Below are positions 20,874-24,000 of a stretch of 24,000 nt of DNA, one piece after another. The stretch comes from Serratia sp. UGAL515B_01 (GTDB taxonomy: Bacteria; Pseudomonadota; Gammaproteobacteria; Enterobacterales; Enterobacteriaceae). The stretch covers positions 3,011,766 through 3,035,765 of the forward strand of contig NZ_CP109901.1 of NCBI RefSeq assembly GCF_033095805.1, read 5' to 3'. The translations under genes and the position numbers were made by a program. Positions within the stretch are counted from its first letter, which is position 1. The number at the start of each line of letters is the position of its first letter. Below the pieces are notes generated by a model. It ran no database searches. It had not been told where the DNA came from and worked only from the letters and a program-made list of their open reading frames with translations.

Positions 20874-20882
20874 AGAGTTTTA

Positions 20883-21269
20883 TTATATATTACCAATCAT
20901 CTGTGATATCTCATGTATTCTTTTTTCAGTCATGTCAGAAATGCAGTTGTTTATTGCAAATGAATGAGTTCGGCTGTTTTCTTCTATATGAAAAGCGTAA
21001 ACATCACATGTGGAATTCATGTATTCAATCCATTTTGATTGTGACATCTTAACTTTTTCCAGTAATTTATTTCCTAAAACAATATCCGCAGAATAGCTTT
21101 TGTTTATCTCACTAATATATAACTCGTACTCTTTTTTTAGCTTTAAACTAACCTCATCTTTTTTTTGATAAGAACATACATAAGCCTGATTGGAATCAGT
21201 AATGTTATTACAATCGTCTTGAGCGTAAACCCCAAAGGAAAAAAAGCATATAATTATAAATTTCTTCAT
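20883..21269 (-). CDS. DUF1311 / LprI-like secreted protein
   Basis: Signal-peptide-like MKKFIIICFFSFGVYA; CNNITDSNQAYVCSYQKKDEVSLKLKKEYELY...LLEKVKMSQSKWIEYMNSTCDVYAF..., with paired cysteines typical of the family. Confidence 0.6.
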   Translation of the reverse strand: MKKFIIICFFSFGVYAQDDCNNITDSNQAYVCSYQKKDEVSLKLKKEYELYISEINKSYSADIVLGNKLLEKVKMSQSKWIEYMNSTCDVYAFHIEENSRTHSFAINNCISDMTEKRIHEISQMIGNI

Positions 21270-21330
21270 CTCATACTCTCCAAGTATTTAATTCTTTGCC
21301 TTCCCGGTTCATCATTTAGTGGTAGCGTAC

Positions 21331-21924
21331 TCAAACCGGAGTAACAATGATGCGTGAGCAGATCTGCCTCATTAATGCCATTTGATGACTGAAAATAATT
21401 ATGCTCAGCTTGCGCTGCTGGGATTCGATAATCAATCGCTGCCAGATGTCTTTTTGAATAGGGGGATCGAGTTGCGCAGTGACTTCATCAGCAATCAGCA
21501 ATCGCGTACGCGGATCAAGTGCACGCAAAAGCGCTATGCGTGCCAGTTCACCGCTAGAAAGCTGGGCGGGTTTACGCATCAACCACTCTGGTTTGACATG
21601 GAGATATCCCATCTGCTTCTCATCTGGATGCCAGGCGTCGCCTAGCGCCTCTCCTGTGGTGCGATAGGGATTAAATGTCTGTTCAGGATGCTGGGGTACT
21701 AACTGGACGGGACAATAACCTTGCTTCGGCAAAGGGAGACCATCCAGAGTAATTTGTCCCTGTCGATATGTCTGCCAGCCCGCTAACACGCGGCCTAAAA
21801 TTGTTTTTCCGTAACCGCTCGGTGCGGAAATACCTAACCGCTCACCGGTTGCTAAACTAAAAGAAAAATTTTGCCAGAGCAGGCGTTCATCCTGCTCAAT
21901 TGTTAGTTGAGAAACACAAAACAT
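21331..21924 (-). CDS. ABC transporter ATP-binding protein (NikE/DppF-like)
   Basis: Walker A APSGYGKT, signature LSSGELARIALLRAL, Walker B RLLIADEVTAQLD, H-switch FSHQ. Confidence 0.88.
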   Translation of the reverse strand: MFCVSQLTIEQDERLLWQNFSFSLATGERLGISAPSGYGKTILGRVLAGWQTYRQGQITLDGLPLPKQGYCPVQLVPQHPEQTFNPYRTTGEALGDAWHPDEKQMGYLHVKPEWLMRKPAQLSSGELARIALLRALDPRTRLLIADEVTAQLDPPIQKDIWQRLIIESQQRKLSIIIFSHQMALMRQICSRIIVTPV

Positions 21925-22730
21925 TACGTACTCCCTGCACAACCTGACAGGCTCTCATCAGGAAACAAGCTGTAGTATTCCGGTAGGGCCAACCAGTGCC
22001 GACGTAGCGTCACACTTCCGCCTCCGTTTTTTAATTCAGAAATCGAGATATCATCGCTAATCCGACCTCCATTGAGCGCGACGATGCGGTCGGCATAACG
22101 CGCCGCCAATGACAAATCATGTGTTACCCATAATACGCCTGCCCCTTGAGCACTCAGATCGCGTAGTTGTTGTAATAGCTGGCATGCCAATGGTTCATCA
22201 AGCCATGCGGTAATTTCATCCGCCAGGATGTAGTGCGCGCCACCTAATGCTGCATTACAGGCCAACACACGCTTTGCCATTCCACCGGATAACTGCTTGG
22301 GATATTTCAGCAGAATATCTGTCTGAAGCTGAAAGTGTTTGATCTGTTGCTCAAGCGCTAGCACGCAAGAATGCTTTCCGCTCAATTGCAGACTACGCTT
22401 CAACTGGGTGCCCACTTTCAGTAAAGGATTGAGCGAACTTACCCCTTGTGGTACGTAGCACAGCGTGTTTCCACGTAGCTTTTTACACTGCTCCAAATTA
22501 AGTAATTTACCTTCGAGCCTGATCTCTCCGCTCATACGCAAATTTTCCGGCAGTAGGGCCAAAGCACTTTGCAGCAAGAGGCTTTTGCCTTCGCCACTGC
22601 CGCCCACCAAGGCTGTAATTTCACCGCGCTCTAAGCTCAGATTAATATCGCTGAGGATCGGTGATAGCTGTTTATGTCCGAACCAGTTGTAGTAAACATT
22701 TTCAACAGAGACATGCCTGAAATTTAACAT
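21924..22730 (-). CDS. ABC transporter ATP-binding protein (NikD/DppD-like)
   Basis: Walker A GGSGEGKS, Q-loop YVPQGVSSLNPLLKVG, signature LSGGMAKRVLACNAAL, Walker B YILADEITAWLD. The track start is 22772; MLNFRHVS at 22730 is preferred. Confidence 0.88.
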   Translation of the reverse strand: MLNFRHVSVENVYYNWFGHKQLSPILSDINLSLERGEITALVGGSGEGKSLLLQSALALLPENLRMSGEIRLEGKLLNLEQCKKLRGNTLCYVPQGVSSLNPLLKVGTQLKRSLQLSGKHSCVLALEQQIKHFQLQTDILLKYPKQLSGGMAKRVLACNAALGGAHYILADEITAWLDEPLACQLLQQLRDLSAQGAGVLWVTHDLSLAARYADRIVALNGGRISDDISISELKNGGGSVTLRRHWLALPEYYSLFPDESLSGCAGST

Positions 22731-23536
22731 GATTGATTCCTCAACCACAGGTAGTGGATCGCACGAACACATTGATCAAACAGTAAAACAATCAACAAAA
22801 GCATCAGGCCGGGAAACACAGCCAACCACCAGCTCCCATTACTGAGAAAACGCAAAGCATCTGACAGCAAAATCCCCAGCGATGGTTCATGAGGAGCCAG
22901 CCCGAAACCCAGAAAACTTAGCGCGGCACTATGCAAGACCGCATGAGGGAACATCAGAAGAGTGCCAACGAACCACTGCGCCGATAACGCCGGTAGATAA
23001 TGAGTTCGCCAACAGTACCAACGACTATTCCCTATCCGCTGAGCCAGCGTTATGTAATCACTGGTGCGAATGCGTTGTGCTTCTGCACGAAGTATTAACG
23101 CCAGCTTTGGCCAGTGGGTTAAGGCGACGGCTATAACCACGCCTTGCTTACCGCCACCAACGGTAAAGCAGATTAAGACAAGTAATAATAAATGAGGTAA
23201 TGAAAGCAAAGTGTCGATAACTAACCGTAGCGTCTGATCGATAGAGTGATGGATTAAGGTAAGGCTGGCGGCCAACATCGCAATGATCCCGCTGCATAAT
23301 GCTGCGCCAATACCAATTTGCAAACTGGTCAATGTGCCCTGAAAGCAACGCAACCACAGGTCACGTCCCATATTGTCGGTGCCAAACCAGTGCGCAGCAC
23401 TCGGTGGCTGATAGCGCGCTAGAAGATCGATCGGTATGTCTGCTGACAGCAAAGAAATACCATATGCGGTCAACAGACAGAGCAGTAAGGCGGACAAAGT
23501 AACGCGTAGCAAGGCTGGAACGGGATTATTTAACAT
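22724..23536 (-). CDS. ABC transporter permease (NikC/DppC-like)
   Basis: HWFGTDNMGRDLWLRCFQGTLTSLQIG and FLGFGLAPHEPSLGILLSDALRFL, characteristic of DppC/OppC/NikC permeases. Confidence 0.9.
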   Translation of the reverse strand: MLNNPVPALLRVTLSALLLCLLTAYGISLLSADIPIDLLARYQPPSAAHWFGTDNMGRDLWLRCFQGTLTSLQIGIGAALCSGIIAMLAASLTLIHHSIDQTLRLVIDTLLSLPHLLLLVLICFTVGGGKQGVVIAVALTHWPKLALILRAEAQRIRTSDYITLAQRIGNSRWYCWRTHYLPALSAQWFVGTLLMFPHAVLHSAALSFLGFGLAPHEPSLGILLSDALRFLSNGSWWLAVFPGLMLLLIVLLFDQCVRAIHYLWLRNQSC

Positions 23537-24000
23537 TATTTATGTTCCAAGATGCGGTTCATTCTTGCCAATAACCGCGTGGCGAGAGTATTGCCACAAA
23601 ATACCAACAAGGTACTAAACAGCACGATCCCCATTAGCAGAGGAATATCGCCGCGTAGCCCTGCGTCAATAGTGGCTTGCCCTAAGCCGGGATAGGCAAA
23701 TATTTTTTCTGCCAGTAAAGATCCGCCGAAAAATTCACCTATCGAAGCAAACTGCAGGCACAAAGCAGGAGTCAGCGCGTGGCGAAATACTTGCACGCGT
23801 AATAATGACCAACCTTTATCGCCCTGAGCCCGAGCATAGTGCACAAAATCACTGCTCATTACTTCAGCAATTTTTTCCCGTGTATGTAGCGCGATTTGTC
23901 CGAAGCCCATCAAGCTCAGCGCAATCATTGGTAGAATTAAATGATGGATGCGGTCGCTAATACTGGCGTCCTGCGCGTTACTGCCCGGTTGCCAAGCGCA
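23536..24000 (-). CDS. ABC transporter permease (NikB/DppB-like), 5' part beyond window
   Basis: HYARAQGDKGWSLLRVQVFRHALTPALCLQFASIGEFFGGSLLAEKIFAYPGLGQATIDAGLRGDIPLLMGIVLFSTLLVFCGN; it abuts or overlaps the nikC-like gene. Confidence 0.9.
   Translation of the reverse strand, partial: CAWQPGSNAQDASISDRIHHLILPMIALSLMGFGQIALHTREKIAEVMSSDFVHYARAQGDKGWSLLRVQVFRHALTPALCLQFASIGEFFGGSLLAEKIFAYPGLGQATIDAGLRGDIPLLMGIVLFSTLLVFCGNTLATRLLARMNRILEHK

Overview
The window looks like an Enterobacterales chromosome, possibly Photorhabdus/Xenorhabdus-like (an inference from protein sequences recognised by eye). Conserved backbone: NDP-sugar pyrophosphorylase (5' partial), ClpP-like protease, RoxA/YcfD-type L16 hydroxylase, GT9 glycosyltransferase, TspO/MBR protein, LysR regulator, then ftsB-ispD-ispF-truD-surE-pcm-nlpD-rpoS, convergent mutS, and a leftward NikBCDE/Dpp-type ABC transporter operon. 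Accessory material: an IS200-type element in the rpoS-mutS gap, and a roughly 4 kb island between mutS and the ABC operon. The island holds a decayed gene with motifs resembling a divergent family A DNA polymerase, a candidate toxin/immunity pair overlapping by 4 bp, a truncated tyrosine integrase and an LprI-like (DUF1311) protein. An unusual gap with a headless ORF remnant separates truD from surE. Diverged palindromic repeats occur near 0.94-1.04 kb, 1.73-1.85 kb and 5.29-5.47 kb. No CRISPR array, rRNA or tRNA was recognised.
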